From positions 32,001 through 96,000 of IMG/VR virus record IMGVR_UViG_3300032272_000003: DNA of 64,000 nucleotides; one strand, 5' to 3'. The position numbers were made by a program, and so were the translations under genes. The notes under the pieces were generated by a model. It saw nothing but the letters and a program-made list of their open reading frames with translations, ran no database searches and had not been told where the DNA came from. Positions 9,036 through 18,072 of this stretch are shown one piece after another; positions within the stretch are counted from its first letter, which is position 1; each line of letters begins with the position of its first letter. Origin of the DNA: a virus.

Positions 9036-9923
9036 TTATGAAGTCCCACCACGCTTGGCCTTCAATGCAGCCAGCAAGTCTTTGGATGACTTCTTAGGTG
9101 TAGCGTCAGCCTCTTCAGGTACCGCAGCTTCAGGTTCTTCTTGTGCATCTGTACTGGCTTCTGGAGTTGAAGCCTTTGTACTGGTTGCTGGTTTCTTATA
9201 ACCATTTTCATTCTGAGGTGTGGCCAGAATTTCATCAGCAGCTTCCATCCAGGCCAGCACGTCTTCAGCGGCACCGCCTTCAGGTACCAGAGTTGCCAGG
9301 TCATGGAACTCATTAGCATCATCCAACAGTGCTTCGAGTACATCTTCAGGAAGTTCAGAAGTCTTGGCTTCCCAGAAACACTTATCGTAGCGGTTGTTCT
9401 TACCGAGCTTGGTAAGTTTGATGACGAAGTTGTTACCATTTTCGAAATCGAATGGGTCATCAACAGTACCGTTCATAATGCCTTCCAGGGAATTATCCCA
9501 CATGTGGAATGGCATGTTGATCAGTTTGATGACCGAACCATCTTCGTTCTCAGGTATCTCGATAGGGCTATCGATAACGATACACTGGGCAATACGTTTG
9601 CTAGAGTTACGCCATTTATCTGACTCTTCCTTGTTACCGGCCTCTTTCAGTTCCCAGGCACGAGAACAGGCAGGGCAATACTCACCGACGTTCTTAGAAC
9701 ACATCATAGTTTTGATGCGGTTGTCGCGGATATTGTCATGGACGTGGTATTCGACGAAGTAACTACCTGAGTCACCACCGTCTGGTAGGAGCCGTACTTT
9801 CATTGTCTCGTTTTCACCGAGTTTGAAGTAGGGCAGGAATCTTGGGTCTTTGCCACCGTTGGCTTTCTTGTCTTGTTCCACTTTGGTCTGCTTGCGGAAC
9901 TTACTCATATCTAACTTTTTCAT
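9036..9923 (-). CDS. 32: ssDNA-binding protein (gp32-like)
   Basis: DPRF, VRLLP, CxxxxxxxCPAC, FDFENGNNFVIK, acidic tail. Confidence 0.88.
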   Translation of the reverse strand: MKKLDMSKFRKQTKVEQDKKANGGKDPRFLPYFKLGENETMKVRLLPDGGDSGSYFVEYHVHDNIRDNRIKTMMCSKNVGEYCPACSRAWELKEAGNKEESDKWRNSSKRIAQCIVIDSPIEIPENEDGSVIKLINMPFHMWDNSLEGIMNGTVDDPFDFENGNNFVIKLTKLGKNNRYDKCFWEAKTSELPEDVLEALLDDANEFHDLATLVPEGGAAEDVLAWMEAADEILATPQNENGYKKPATSTKASTPEASTDAQEEPEAAVPEEADATPKKSSKDLLAALKAKRGGTS

Positions 9924-9987
9924 ATTGATCTCCTATTGGTCATTGAAAGTTGTGAAAGATGTTTTTAGGTTGAGAACTCTTATAAAC

Positions 9988-10677
9988 TCAAACGGCTTGT
10001 GGTCTTAACATGAAGGTGATCTCGTCAACTTCAATATAAAGAATACCGTGCTTACCTATCCCTAGCATTACCTCATCATTAGACTTGGTTGCCTGCCGAA
10101 GCAGCTTTACCAAATGTTCTTTCTTCCAGTGGTTGGACCACGAACCTGATGTATTTGTTCCAATGATATCTGTAAAATTATCAGACACACCATCGAACAG
10201 CTTGATCAGGATATCGTCACCATCACCTTCTAATGAAACGTACTCTGGATTGAGAGCTAAGATAGCTTTTAGTATCTCATCTACTCGCTCTTTATTTATC
10301 ACGATGGTATTCACGATCTCATCGTTAACCATACCACTTGGTGCTTCAATCGTGTCAGGTTTGGCACAGGTGAATGATACACGTTTGCGGCCTTCTTTGA
10401 TTGTGATTGCCTTGGTGGCCCCCCCTTCAAAAGCCGTGGTTGTTACCTTTGCCTTCTCACAATCGAATAGCTTCATACGGTCGAACAGCGTTGATATGCG
10501 GTGCACACCAATGGTTTCGTCTATGAATGATCCTTCCATCTCTGAAAATACTATCACCGATTTAGATTCATCGGCACAACGTATCAAAACTGAATTCTCT
10601 TTCTTCTCAAGAATGACCTGTTTGATACCTGCGTTGTTGATAGCACTCAAGATTTTAAATACAACCTCTAAATGCAT
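9988..10677 (-). CDS. 45: Sliding clamp (gp45-like)
   Basis: 229 aa, IGVHRISTL pattern, position between polymerase and gp32. Confidence 0.65.
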   Translation of the reverse strand: MHLEVVFKILSAINNAGIKQVILEKKENSVLIRCADESKSVIVFSEMEGSFIDETIGVHRISTLFDRMKLFDCEKAKVTTTAFEGGATKAITIKEGRKRVSFTCAKPDTIEAPSGMVNDEIVNTIVINKERVDEILKAILALNPEYVSLEGDGDDILIKLFDGVSDNFTDIIGTNTSGSWSNHWKKEHLVKLLRQATKSNDEVMLGIGKHGILYIEVDEITFMLRPQAV

Positions 10678-10696
10678 TTTGCTCTCCTTTTTGCCT

Positions 10697-10704
10697 TATA
10701 AATA
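10697..10704 (+). promoter_or_regulatory. T4-type late promoter
   Basis: TATAAATA followed by AGGAG and ATG 10731. Confidence 0.75.
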
Positions 10705-10730
10705 CTCTACACATACTAGGAGTCCTAACC

Positions 10731-10946
10731 ATGAACAAAGTTCAACATCTTTCTGAATCAAACATCGATTTCATTAAACTGAAAACGAAGTGGGACACTA
10801 TGGATGCCGGAGAACTCGATCACGAGTTGGACGACCTGTTTCTCAAGGTAGAATACTACCAAGAGTACTCACCAAACATTGCTACACAATTAAGATTGGT
10901 ACTAACAGCACTTGATGAGTATATCTGCCTACGTAACGACACTTAA
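10731..10946 (+). CDS. Small late protein, convergent with polymerase
   Basis: Late promoter and RBS; stop overlaps polymerase stop. Confidence 0.7.
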   Translation: MNKVQHLSESNIDFIKLKTKWDTMDAGELDHELDDLFLKVEYYQEYSPNIATQLRLVLTALDEYICLRNDT

Positions 10947-11833
10947 AAATCAAACAAGGATGCCGTTAATGCCTCGTTTCTGGATTTCTTATCCAGGCCA
11001 ATCGGTTTCAGGTACGCCTCTACCTTCCTATGCACCGATTCCCACTGCTTGTGGTAGTCTATATCAACACCCTCTAAGAACTCGGGTATCTTTGTAATAT
11101 CTGATGGTATTGCAATATAGTCCATGTCTTTATGCTTTATGTAAATGATCTTGATCTTTGCACCAGATGTTATCGGGGCATCCTGATCACCGCTATAGGC
11201 GTTAAAGACCATCGACGCTCTTGCATGTTGTGGGAACCCTTTGAAGTCCCCTTGTTCTTCCAGCTTATCTTCGTACTTGGTCAGGTTTCGAATTGTCTTC
11301 GGATTGCCGATGGTGAACATGTCCATCGTAAAGTACTTGATCTTGAAGTCGTCAACAAACGCTGTGATATCGTCGAACTCAGCATGGTTGAGTATCATAT
11401 CGATCAACTCTTTCAAAAAGTCTTGGATCACGATAGGTGTGTCTGTCTTCTTGATTTCGACACCCATGATCTTCATCTTATCGACGGTGATACCTTCATC
11501 GTTGATCACATGCATGATGTATTTCTTCTTGTTCAGGAATATCGACTTGTCAGATACAACCTCACGCTCTGTTGTTATGATCGAGTTCCAAGCTTCTGGC
11601 ACATTGAACACATCCTTCATGAATGCTGGGAATGCTTTGTTAACTTCATCACCGATGAAGTCGGCCAGCTCGATAACATCTTTCTCATCAGCATCCTTAT
11701 CGAATACGCTACCGAGATCGATATACACTGAGTCAGTATCACCATAGATAGTAGAGTCGGATGAATACACCCCATACTTGTACCCACCTTTACCGTCAGG
11801 GAACAATCCCTCTATCTCATTTGGATGCTTCAT
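10943..11833 (-). CDS. 43: DNA polymerase B, C-terminal subunit (gp43B-like)
   Basis: YGDTDS, KKKY, KIMGVEIKKTDTP; C-terminal SLFDF clamp-binding-like motif. Confidence 0.92.
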   Translation of the reverse strand: MKHPNEIEGLFPDGKGGYKYGVYSSDSTIYGDTDSVYIDLGSVFDKDADEKDVIELADFIGDEVNKAFPAFMKDVFNVPEAWNSIITTEREVVSDKSIFLNKKKYIMHVINDEGITVDKMKIMGVEIKKTDTPIVIQDFLKELIDMILNHAEFDDITAFVDDFKIKYFTMDMFTIGNPKTIRNLTKYEDKLEEQGDFKGFPQHARASMVFNAYSGDQDAPITSGAKIKIIYIKHKDMDYIAIPSDITKIPEFLEGVDIDYHKQWESVHRKVEAYLKPIGLDKKSRNEALTASLFDF

Positions 11834-13520
11834 TTACTTCCCTCATCAATTGGTCAGACTTCCAGGCTTGGAACTTGTTAATGTATTGACCGGTCAGGGT
11901 CACACTGATAGCAATGTCCAAGTCGAAGAACCGACTATACTTGTTTGATATCGCACCGTACAAAGAGTTCAATTGAACTTTGTAGATGTACTGGAGCATG
12001 TCGTAATACAATCCCTTTTCCTTATCACCATTCTTGAAGAACTCCTTCGACATGTTTTTGGTACGCTTACGTTCAGCGAACCACACACCAAGTACCTCGG
12101 GGATCAATCCAACCTCACCGTTAAAGATGCTGCCATTGGCAGACATTGTGTAGCCTTCTTCTTTGATCAGCTCACGTAGATCAGCAGGTGTTGTCTGTAA
12201 TACATCACCAGATTGTTTCATATGAATGATGATGCCATCTTCGTCGTTATTACCCTCGATAATCCTTAGGAAGTCGGCTTCGCGTCCGTCACACTGCATA
12301 ATAAATGTCTCAGGACTCATACCGAGCGAACGAAGGATAGCAGGATATAGTGAGGCCAAATCGATTGACGACGCCCACCCGTATCGAGCCGTTACAGGAT
12401 CAGCAACCCAGGCACCGATGAACTTACCTTCTTTATCACCATCACCACGATCAGGTAGGACGATTGGTTGTGCGCGTTCAAAGTGTGCGTAGTTCCTGAT
12501 AGCATGTTCGAGGAACTTGATGGTGCCCATGACTTCGTTGATCTTGATCGTTGCCTTACGTGACATCTGAACAGCCAACTGAATCAGTTTCTTCTTCTCT
12601 TCAAGATCACGTAGTAACCGAGAATCGTGTAAGTTATATTCGAGGAACTTCTTGATGTCAGTTCGGTACAGCTCACCCAGGTCACCATCATAATTGATCT
12701 TACCGTAGCCTAATTCTGCCTGGGCAATGTTCTCCAACTTCATAGATGGTTGTTGAATGAATGTGAACTTCTCGTACAGCTCCATGTAATCGAGATGTAC
12801 CCTTCCGACCAGGACATACTTGGTGCGTTCATTATAAAACTTGTCTTTGCCTGTTTGCTCTTTAAGCTTAAACCCAGCACGACAGAACTTTCTATCAGCA
12901 GCAGCTTCGCCATACAACATCCGGCTTCTCAGAACGATGTAGGGTATATCATAACCTTCACTGTTCCACCCGGATAGAATGTCGATGTCTTCTATCAGTA
13001 TGAAGAAGATGTCGAGCAACTGTCTCTCGGTTTGGCACTGGTGCATGTGGACGACATCTTCCCCGGTATCGATTCTCACCGGCACGTTATGCACATACAA
13101 TAGGTGAAACTCGTCTCGGGTCTTATCGTATAGTGATAGGGCATTGATGATACCGAATGGATTGTCTGGTGTTGGATAACCGGTACCACGTTTTAAATCA
13201 TAATCGGTTTCGATATCGAGAAATCCTACGTTGGGTGTATGGTCTGGTGCATTGAAGTATGTGTCGGATAGATGCTTGTGGAGTGCGGTGATATCGCTTT
13301 CGAATATATGGATATGAGAATCCACGAACCTGTTGTACTCACCTCTAGTTTGGAAGTCATGTCGCTTAACCTTATCACCAAACATTGACATCTCTGTACC
13401 ATTATCATCCTTAACGTAGGCATAATATGGTGCGGGGTCGGTTAACATATGAAGAGCACCTACATCGTCTCTCACCCATGTTATGATGTCATCCCCTGCG
13501 TGAACTGCATCTATAAACAT
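11817..13520 (-). CDS. 43: DNA polymerase B, N-terminal subunit (exonuclease plus motifs A and B; gp43A-like)
   Basis: DIET, GWNSEGYD, YNLHD, DLASLYP, KVQLNSLYG, SVTLTGQ. Confidence 0.92.
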   Translation of the reverse strand: MFIDAVHAGDDIITWVRDDVGALHMLTDPAPYYAYVKDDNGTEMSMFGDKVKRHDFQTRGEYNRFVDSHIHIFESDITALHKHLSDTYFNAPDHTPNVGFLDIETDYDLKRGTGYPTPDNPFGIINALSLYDKTRDEFHLLYVHNVPVRIDTGEDVVHMHQCQTERQLLDIFFILIEDIDILSGWNSEGYDIPYIVLRSRMLYGEAAADRKFCRAGFKLKEQTGKDKFYNERTKYVLVGRVHLDYMELYEKFTFIQQPSMKLENIAQAELGYGKINYDGDLGELYRTDIKKFLEYNLHDSRLLRDLEEKKKLIQLAVQMSRKATIKINEVMGTIKFLEHAIRNYAHFERAQPIVLPDRGDGDKEGKFIGAWVADPVTARYGWASSIDLASLYPAILRSLGMSPETFIMQCDGREADFLRIIEGNNDEDGIIIHMKQSGDVLQTTPADLRELIKEEGYTMSANGSIFNGEVGLIPEVLGVWFAERKRTKNMSKEFFKNGDKEKGLYYDMLQYIYKVQLNSLYGAISNKYSRFFDLDIAISVTLTGQYINKFQAWKSDQLMREVNEASK

Positions 13521-13530
13521 TTAATTCTCC

Positions 13531-13683
13531 TTAATACGATTTCCAATAATCACCACAGGATTGATATCCTGCTGGTGGCTTTTCACCGTACTTCTCTTCT
13601 CTTAGCTGTTCCCTGACATTATACCAATCTAAACCGGTATCTTTCATCCGCTGTCTTATTTGTTCCTCTGTTGGTTCAGTCAT
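13531..13683 (-). CDS. Small hypothetical protein (50 aa)
   Basis: MTEPTEEQIRQRMKDTGLDWY..., fills gap in operon. Confidence 0.5.
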   Translation of the reverse strand: MTEPTEEQIRQRMKDTGLDWYNVREQLREEKYGEKPPAGYQSCGDYWKSY

Positions 13684-13684
13684 C

Positions 13685-14023
13685 CTATATCCTCAATGTG
13701 TTGATGAAGTCATCTATATCAAGAGACTCATCTGCCTGGTTGATTGTGTAAATCCTCATCAGGTCTTTCAAATCTTGTTTGGATTGTGCGTGGTATGTAT
13801 AGATGTTACCCACAGTATCGATTATGAGCATATGTATCTCCGACGCTCCAAACCTTCCATTATATCCGACAAACGCTTCGCCTCTTCGTTCAATAGAAAA
13901 TTCATCATAGACGAAAATAGTTTTACGTGAGAGGTCGAAAATCTTTGCGGTAGTGTCTGGTAGGATGTCGAATACAATCCTTATATAACAATCTTCTGGT
14001 GCCTTTAGCAGAACCAGGCTCAT
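13685..14023 (-). CDS. Hypothetical protein
   Basis: ATGA-coupled, ends DDFINTLRI. Confidence 0.6.
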   Translation of the reverse strand: MSLVLLKAPEDCYIRIVFDILPDTTAKIFDLSRKTIFVYDEFSIERRGEAFVGYNGRFGASEIHMLIIDTVGNIYTYHAQSKQDLKDLMRIYTINQADESLDIDDFINTLRI

Positions 14024-14355
14024 AACGTATATGCTCGCATGAAAAGACTAACTGACATCTTGTTGACTTCAACTGACTCATTATATACTTTAAAGAACTC
14101 TTTATGTGTAGGGGAGGTAGGGTTATTAAACATATGGAACCAATCACTCCGCCATAGATTATTTACACCGTCCATTACGATATATTCAGACATACCAGAA
14201 GTAAGTGAATGTAACAGTAATCCACTATAGTTGTTTCGTTGTAAATATAGTATGGTGGTGATGTTATTATCTGGATCGATGACACCATCAATAACCTTTC
14301 TGACTTGTAACTTAGATATTATATTACTATCAATTCGGACTATATAAAAGTTCAT
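14020..14355 (-). CDS. Hypothetical protein
   Basis: Ends SLFMRAYTL, ATGA-coupled. Confidence 0.6.
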   Translation of the reverse strand: MNFYIVRIDSNIISKLQVRKVIDGVIDPDNNITTILYLQRNNYSGLLLHSLTSGMSEYIVMDGVNNLWRSDWFHMFNNPTSPTHKEFFKVYNESVEVNKMSVSLFMRAYTL

Positions 14356-14558
14356 AACAGGTGTGCACTCATAAACTCTGACAATTTCATGTCGAACTCT
14401 CCCAACTCATACATACGATATAGATTTTCAAACTCATCAACACCAAATCATGATTCTTATTGTACTGGTGCCCACCCATTACCGCCCCAGATAACACTAA
14501 ACAGATGATTTGTTTTCTGTGCTGAACCTAGGACGGCTGTGATATGGTGGAACTTCAT
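14352..14558 (-). pseudogene. Probable pseudogene paralogous to neighbours
   Basis: Frame from TAATG to ATGA overlaps, ending SEFMSAHLL, with TAA and TGA at codons 34 and 37. Confidence 0.4.
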
Positions 14559-14842
14559 TAGCCGGGGTCTTCATCCGGGTTGTGACTGTACACACCCACT
14601 TCCTCGGCCAGGTCCAGAAGTTCTTCGGTCTCGGCATTGACTTCATCGCCATTTGCCTTGTAGGCCAGGGTGACCAGACGGCGGAAGAGCTTAGGTGGTA
14701 CCTGAACCTCATCCTTCATACGGTCGGCAATAGCCTTTTGTAGGTCAGTCTCAGACTGCACACGATATTTGCTGTTGACGCCTTCTTCAACGGCTTTCTT
14801 CAGAACTTCGCGCTGTTCTGCATTCAATTGAATTTCACTCAC
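14558..14842 (-). CDS. dsbA: dsDNA-binding protein (T4 DsbA-like)
   Basis: LKKAVEE...KAIADRMKDEVQVPPKLFRRLVTLAYK. Confidence 0.7.
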   Translation of the reverse strand: MSEIQLNAEQREVLKKAVEEGVNSKYRVQSETDLQKAIADRMKDEVQVPPKLFRRLVTLAYKANGDEVNAETEELLDLAEEVGVYSHNPDEDPG

Positions 14843-14996
14843 TTGCTTCTCCTTTTGTGATTGATGATAAAACTACCCAAACGCCATTCAACAGAACTTC
14901 TTCCACAAGGGTCTGTGGATCAGTTCTGTATGGCAGTTCGAGTTCTTGACCGTTAAGAACGATGGTCTTCGTATGGTTTGTGATTTCGGTTAACAT
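14835..14996 (-). CDS. Small hypothetical protein
   Basis: ATG after GGAGG. Confidence 0.5.
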   Translation of the reverse strand: MLTEITNHTKTIVLNGQELELPYRTDPQTLVEEVLLNGVWVVLSSITKGEASE

Positions 14997-15024
14997 TGGT
15001 CCTCCAGAATAGAGGACCAATATG

Positions 15025-15276
15025 CTACTTAAGCCCTCTACGGCTTCTGATTTTCAAGCTCCGTTTCAGATTTCTCTTACGGGCTGCTTTACCCTTACGG
15101 CTACCTTTACGTGCACCACGGCGTCTTGCGATTCGTTCAGAGGATTTCTGACGTACACATCGGTTACCGACCAATCTAAAGCCTGGTGGGCACTTCTTAC
15201 GTATGACAGTCTTCCCTTTACGGATTACCTTCTTCCGCTTGGGTGCTGCTTCCATTAATAAATCGTCTATTTTCAT
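15025..15276 (-). CDS. Highly basic late protein, probable head internal protein
   Basis: CATAAATA at 15293-15300; MKIDDLLME leader; CPPGFRLVGNRC; Arg/Lys rich. Confidence 0.7.
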   Translation of the reverse strand: MKIDDLLMEAAPKRKKVIRKGKTVIRKKCPPGFRLVGNRCVRQKSSERIARRRGARKGSRKGKAARKRNLKRSLKIRSRRGLK

Positions 15277-15321
15277 ATATTCACCTTACATGTATTTATG
15301 CAGGGTGAACATTATAGTGAT

Positions 15322-15573
15322 TTATCGAACTAGCGAATCAAGCTCCCGAATCAATGGGGTGACAGGGGTGCTGGACCGGAATCCATAATCCTGAATTCGC
15401 TTCTGAATGAAGCATACCTCGATTTCAACCGCTTTACGTTCACGGCCTCGCAGGTTTTTGCCAATACGGCGGCGAAGTGCTTTGGAAGCACGTTCAAATT
15501 TCCGCTTCAGGTTCTCTTCACGAGTCTGTTTGTAAGCGGGTTTGGTGTTACGTCGCTGAGGTACACTCGACAT
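15322..15573 (-). CDS. Basic hypothetical protein
   Basis: GGAGAG RBS, 83 aa. Confidence 0.6.
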   Translation of the reverse strand: MSSVPQRRNTKPAYKQTREENLKRKFERASKALRRRIGKNLRGRERKAVEIEVCFIQKRIQDYGFRSSTPVTPLIRELDSLVR

Positions 15574-15613
15574 ATTACTCTCCTTCTTATGATACTACTT
15601 AAGAATGATCAGG

Positions 15614-16003
15614 TTACCCCTGACCGCCATTGTCCTTCCTAGACTTTCTTCTCCTACGCCTCACAGGCTTCTCAGACTGCTTAGCGGGTGTTCTGCTGTT
15701 CGGCTTGCCTCGGCCAAACATAATGTCCAATCGTAGCTCCAGACGCTCCTTGTTGACCTCAGCTTCCTTCTGGTAGCCTTCGGTGCCCTCGTATTTGTCT
15801 GGGGCGGTATACTTAATCGATAGTGTGCTTAAAGTAACTTCCTCGTAAGTGTGTTCATGTACTGCTTTGTTATGACCGTCATATACTATAGAGATCGTGT
15901 CATCAGTGAAGTCTACCAGGGTGCCGTAAATACGTTCCACGTACCGGATATTGATTATCACAGGTTGTTCTTTGTGATAATATCTGAGCTTCCTATTTAC
16001 CAC
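15614..16003 (-). CDS. Hypothetical protein, possible Sm/LSm fold
   Basis: PVIINI...IYGTLVDFTDDTISI, basic tail. Confidence 0.45.
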   Translation of the reverse strand: MVNRKLRYYHKEQPVIINIRYVERIYGTLVDFTDDTISIVYDGHNKAVHEHTYEEVTLSTLSIKYTAPDKYEGTEGYQKEAEVNKERLELRLDIMFGRGKPNSRTPAKQSEKPVRRRRRKSRKDNGGQG

Positions 16004-16157
16004 ACTGTGCTCCTAATGATGCAAATCCTATGATTAGTGATCCGAATATTAATGACACCCCCACCAATAAGTCCGTTGCCAGCCAGGCAACCCCAATGAT
16101 TGTAAATCCTATGCTCAGTATAACCAGTAGTTCTAACAGTTTTTGGGCAATCATATC
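15993..16157 (-). CDS. Small membrane protein
   Basis: Two hydrophobic segments; AGGAG RBS. Confidence 0.6.
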   Translation of the reverse strand, partial: DMIAQKLLELLVILSIGFTIIGVAWLATDLLVGVSLIFGSLIIGFASLGAQCGK

Positions 16158-16182
16158 GTCTCTCCTAAATGAGGTAGGGATC

Positions 16183-16212
16183 ATTATATCCCTACCTTGG
16201 GTCTCATGTCAA
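16183..16212 (-). promoter_or_regulatory. Sigma70-type promoter
   Basis: TTGACA-18-TATAAT. Confidence 0.7.
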
Positions 16213-16314
16213 ATTTTTATTCGTCCTTACCATGCTTACCGTCGTGGTCGTCATCAGGCCCGTTACCCCAACTATTGTTACCATGCTTCTTGTCATCAGT
16301 TCCACCTCCTCAAT

Positions 16315-16962
16315 TCACAGTTTGATACCCTCTGGAACTAGACGTGGTGTAAAATCCTTTACCGTTACTTCGTATCCATATCGCCTGTAGATGTTCCTCA
16401 GTATATCTTCTAACTGATCAGACAGGATCATAGCACAGTTCCTGGCGTGTTGTCTACACCTAAATTTCATTAATCGTTTTTTCGTGTTACGGAAGTGTTC
16501 TATACCGGCATCATCTTCATACAATCTAGCGATGTCATCGAGTACTTCATTGAGATTGTAAATCCTGGCGATATTGACGGTCTTCTTGTTACCCTTACGA
16601 GAGTTACACTGATTACACATTGGTTGGAGGTTTTCAATCCTATTCGACCCACCAGCATCCTTTGGGACAATGTGGTCTACTGTTATGTGGAATTGTGTGC
16701 CATCTTCACGATGGCCTATGATTTGGAAGTAGAGCCTGTCAGGTCTCTCTATTGATCTACGGAATCTAACGTAGGTTGGTTTGGCGTTACAGTGGGCACA
16801 GATGACGCCCTTGTGCCGGAAGGTCTTTACCCTAATACTTTTTTTGACTCTCACGTCGTCGTTTATTATGATGGTGGCCCTTCTGTTTTTATCCTTGTAG
16901 TTTTCATTTATGCGCTCCATAACGTAGTCTACTGGTAAACAGATTTCGTCCTTTACGTTCAA
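16315..16962 (-). CDS. HNH endonuclease
   Basis: CAHC...TVDHIVPKDAGGSNRIENLQPMCNQCNSRKG. Confidence 0.9.
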   Translation of the reverse strand: MNVKDEICLPVDYVMERINENYKDKNRRATIIINDDVRVKKSIRVKTFRHKGVICAHCNAKPTYVRFRRSIERPDRLYFQIIGHREDGTQFHITVDHIVPKDAGGSNRIENLQPMCNQCNSRKGNKKTVNIARIYNLNEVLDDIARLYEDDAGIEHFRNTKKRLMKFRCRQHARNCAMILSDQLEDILRNIYRRYGYEVTVKDFTPRLVPEGIKL

Positions 16963-16974
16963 ATGATTGATCTC

Positions 16975-17151
16975 CTATTCTAAGTTATTGTTTTTGTGCT
17001 TCTTCTTACGGTCGTACTTGGTATCGTCCTTGAAGAAACCAGATTTGTTAAATTTACTGGCAAATTTCGCAACTGGGTTACGAGCCTTTTCAGTGATTTT
17101 CTTAAGCTTCTTGTTCTTGTTCTTTTTCTTCTTCCGCTTCTTAGCCATCAT
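16975..17151 (-). CDS. Small basic protein (58 aa), ArfA-like C-terminus
   Basis: MMARKRKKK...RNPVAKFASKFNKSGFFKDDTKYDRKKKHKN; below ORF-track cutoff. Confidence 0.65.
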   Translation of the reverse strand: MMAKKRKKKKNKNKKLKKITEKARNPVAKFASKFNKSGFFKDDTKYDRKKKHKNNNLE

Positions 17152-17398
17152 GATTTACCTGTAAGTCATTATCCGCCACAAAACGCATGACGTGTTTGTA
17201 AAGTTCTGGACATGTTTTCTTGAGGTCAACGGATACATGCATACAGCATACCCCTGTAATATCACATACCGGTCTCAGCATTTCATTATACTTTAGTCTC
17301 TTGCTTTCGTCAAACGTAGACATTAGGCCGGTGAGCCTTTGAATCCAATCAGATGGGCGGAACCTCCGCCCACTGTTGGTCACACTATACACTATCAT
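17141..17398 (-). CDS. DUF3579-like protein
   Basis: VTNSGRRFRPSDWIQRL...FVADNDL. Confidence 0.7.
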   Translation of the reverse strand: MIVYSVTNSGRRFRPSDWIQRLTGLMSTFDESKRLKYNEMLRPVCDITGVCCMHVSVDLKKTCPELYKHVMRFVADNDLQVNHDG

Positions 17399-18069
17399 GT
17401 ATAGTCCTCAAGGCTACACTCGAACATGGTGAATATGGATTTTCTCATATCACTACATGTGGCATTGGGTGAAGCGATGTAGTCATTGACTATACCCTCC
17501 AACCACTCATTGTCGTCCTTACCACCTTTCACGCGAGTGTAGTCCCCAGACTTGTACCCCTGGTGTTGGCGGATTTCATTGAGTGTTGATTTGGCGATGT
17601 AGATTGCTGATATCTCTTCAGCAGTCATACCAACAGACCGGAAGAATGCATCATATGCCACTTCAGTGCTTGATCCAAGCATGGATAGGGCGGAGGCGAT
17701 AAACTCTTTATGGTTTAACTGTCCATCGTCGGATGATATCTTGACACGTACTATTTCATTGGGCATGTATCCCCAGTTCAAGTCACCACTACATTCATAA
17801 TGGTTCTGGTACCCATTAAGGATCAAGACCGACAGGGCGAAGTGTAGGATATCGATGGCTTCAACTTTGAGGTTCCACACATCATGATTATCACACTTCT
17901 TCCACCACTTCCAGCTCACAGAATCCATTAACTCTGAAAACTCGGCAAACATCGCCACACGGTAATGATCTACCGTGAGTGAATCCTTCCAATTAGACAC
18001 CGTGATCTCATTCAATCTATCTTGTATATCAAGCATATCTTGTAGAGTTAGAAGGCGCTTGTCTAACAT
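17395..18069 (-). CDS. dut: Dimeric (all-alpha) dUTPase
   Basis: QDRLN, EFSELMDS, WKWWK, VEAIDILHF, NEIRQHQGY, DDNE. Confidence 0.9.
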   Translation of the reverse strand: MLDKRLLTLQDMLDIQDRLNEITVSNWKDSLTVDHYRVAMFAEFSELMDSVSWKWWKKCDNHDVWNLKVEAIDILHFALSVLILNGYQNHYECSGDLNWGYMPNEIVRVKISSDDGQLNHKEFIASALSMLGSSTEVAYDAFFRSVGMTAEEISAIYIAKSTLNEIRQHQGYKSGDYTRVKGGKDDNEWLEGIVNDYIASPNATCSDMRKSIFTMFECSLEDYT

Positions 18070-18072
18070 GTT

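Noticed and set aside
11817-11833. Split intein or intron at the polymerase break
   Set aside because: No intein terminal motifs and no intervening sequence; the genes overlap directly
6347-12977. Plus-strand ORFs over vWA, AAA, gp32, gp45 and polymerase (except 10731-10946)
   Set aside because: Shadow ORFs fully overlapping well-supported genes
16204-16318. Short repeat peptide (GTG AAT TGA GGA..., N*GGGTDD/SWGNGPDD) suggesting TGA readthrough
   Set aside because: Single case; an alternative RBS-led 30-codon ORF in another frame explains the region equally well
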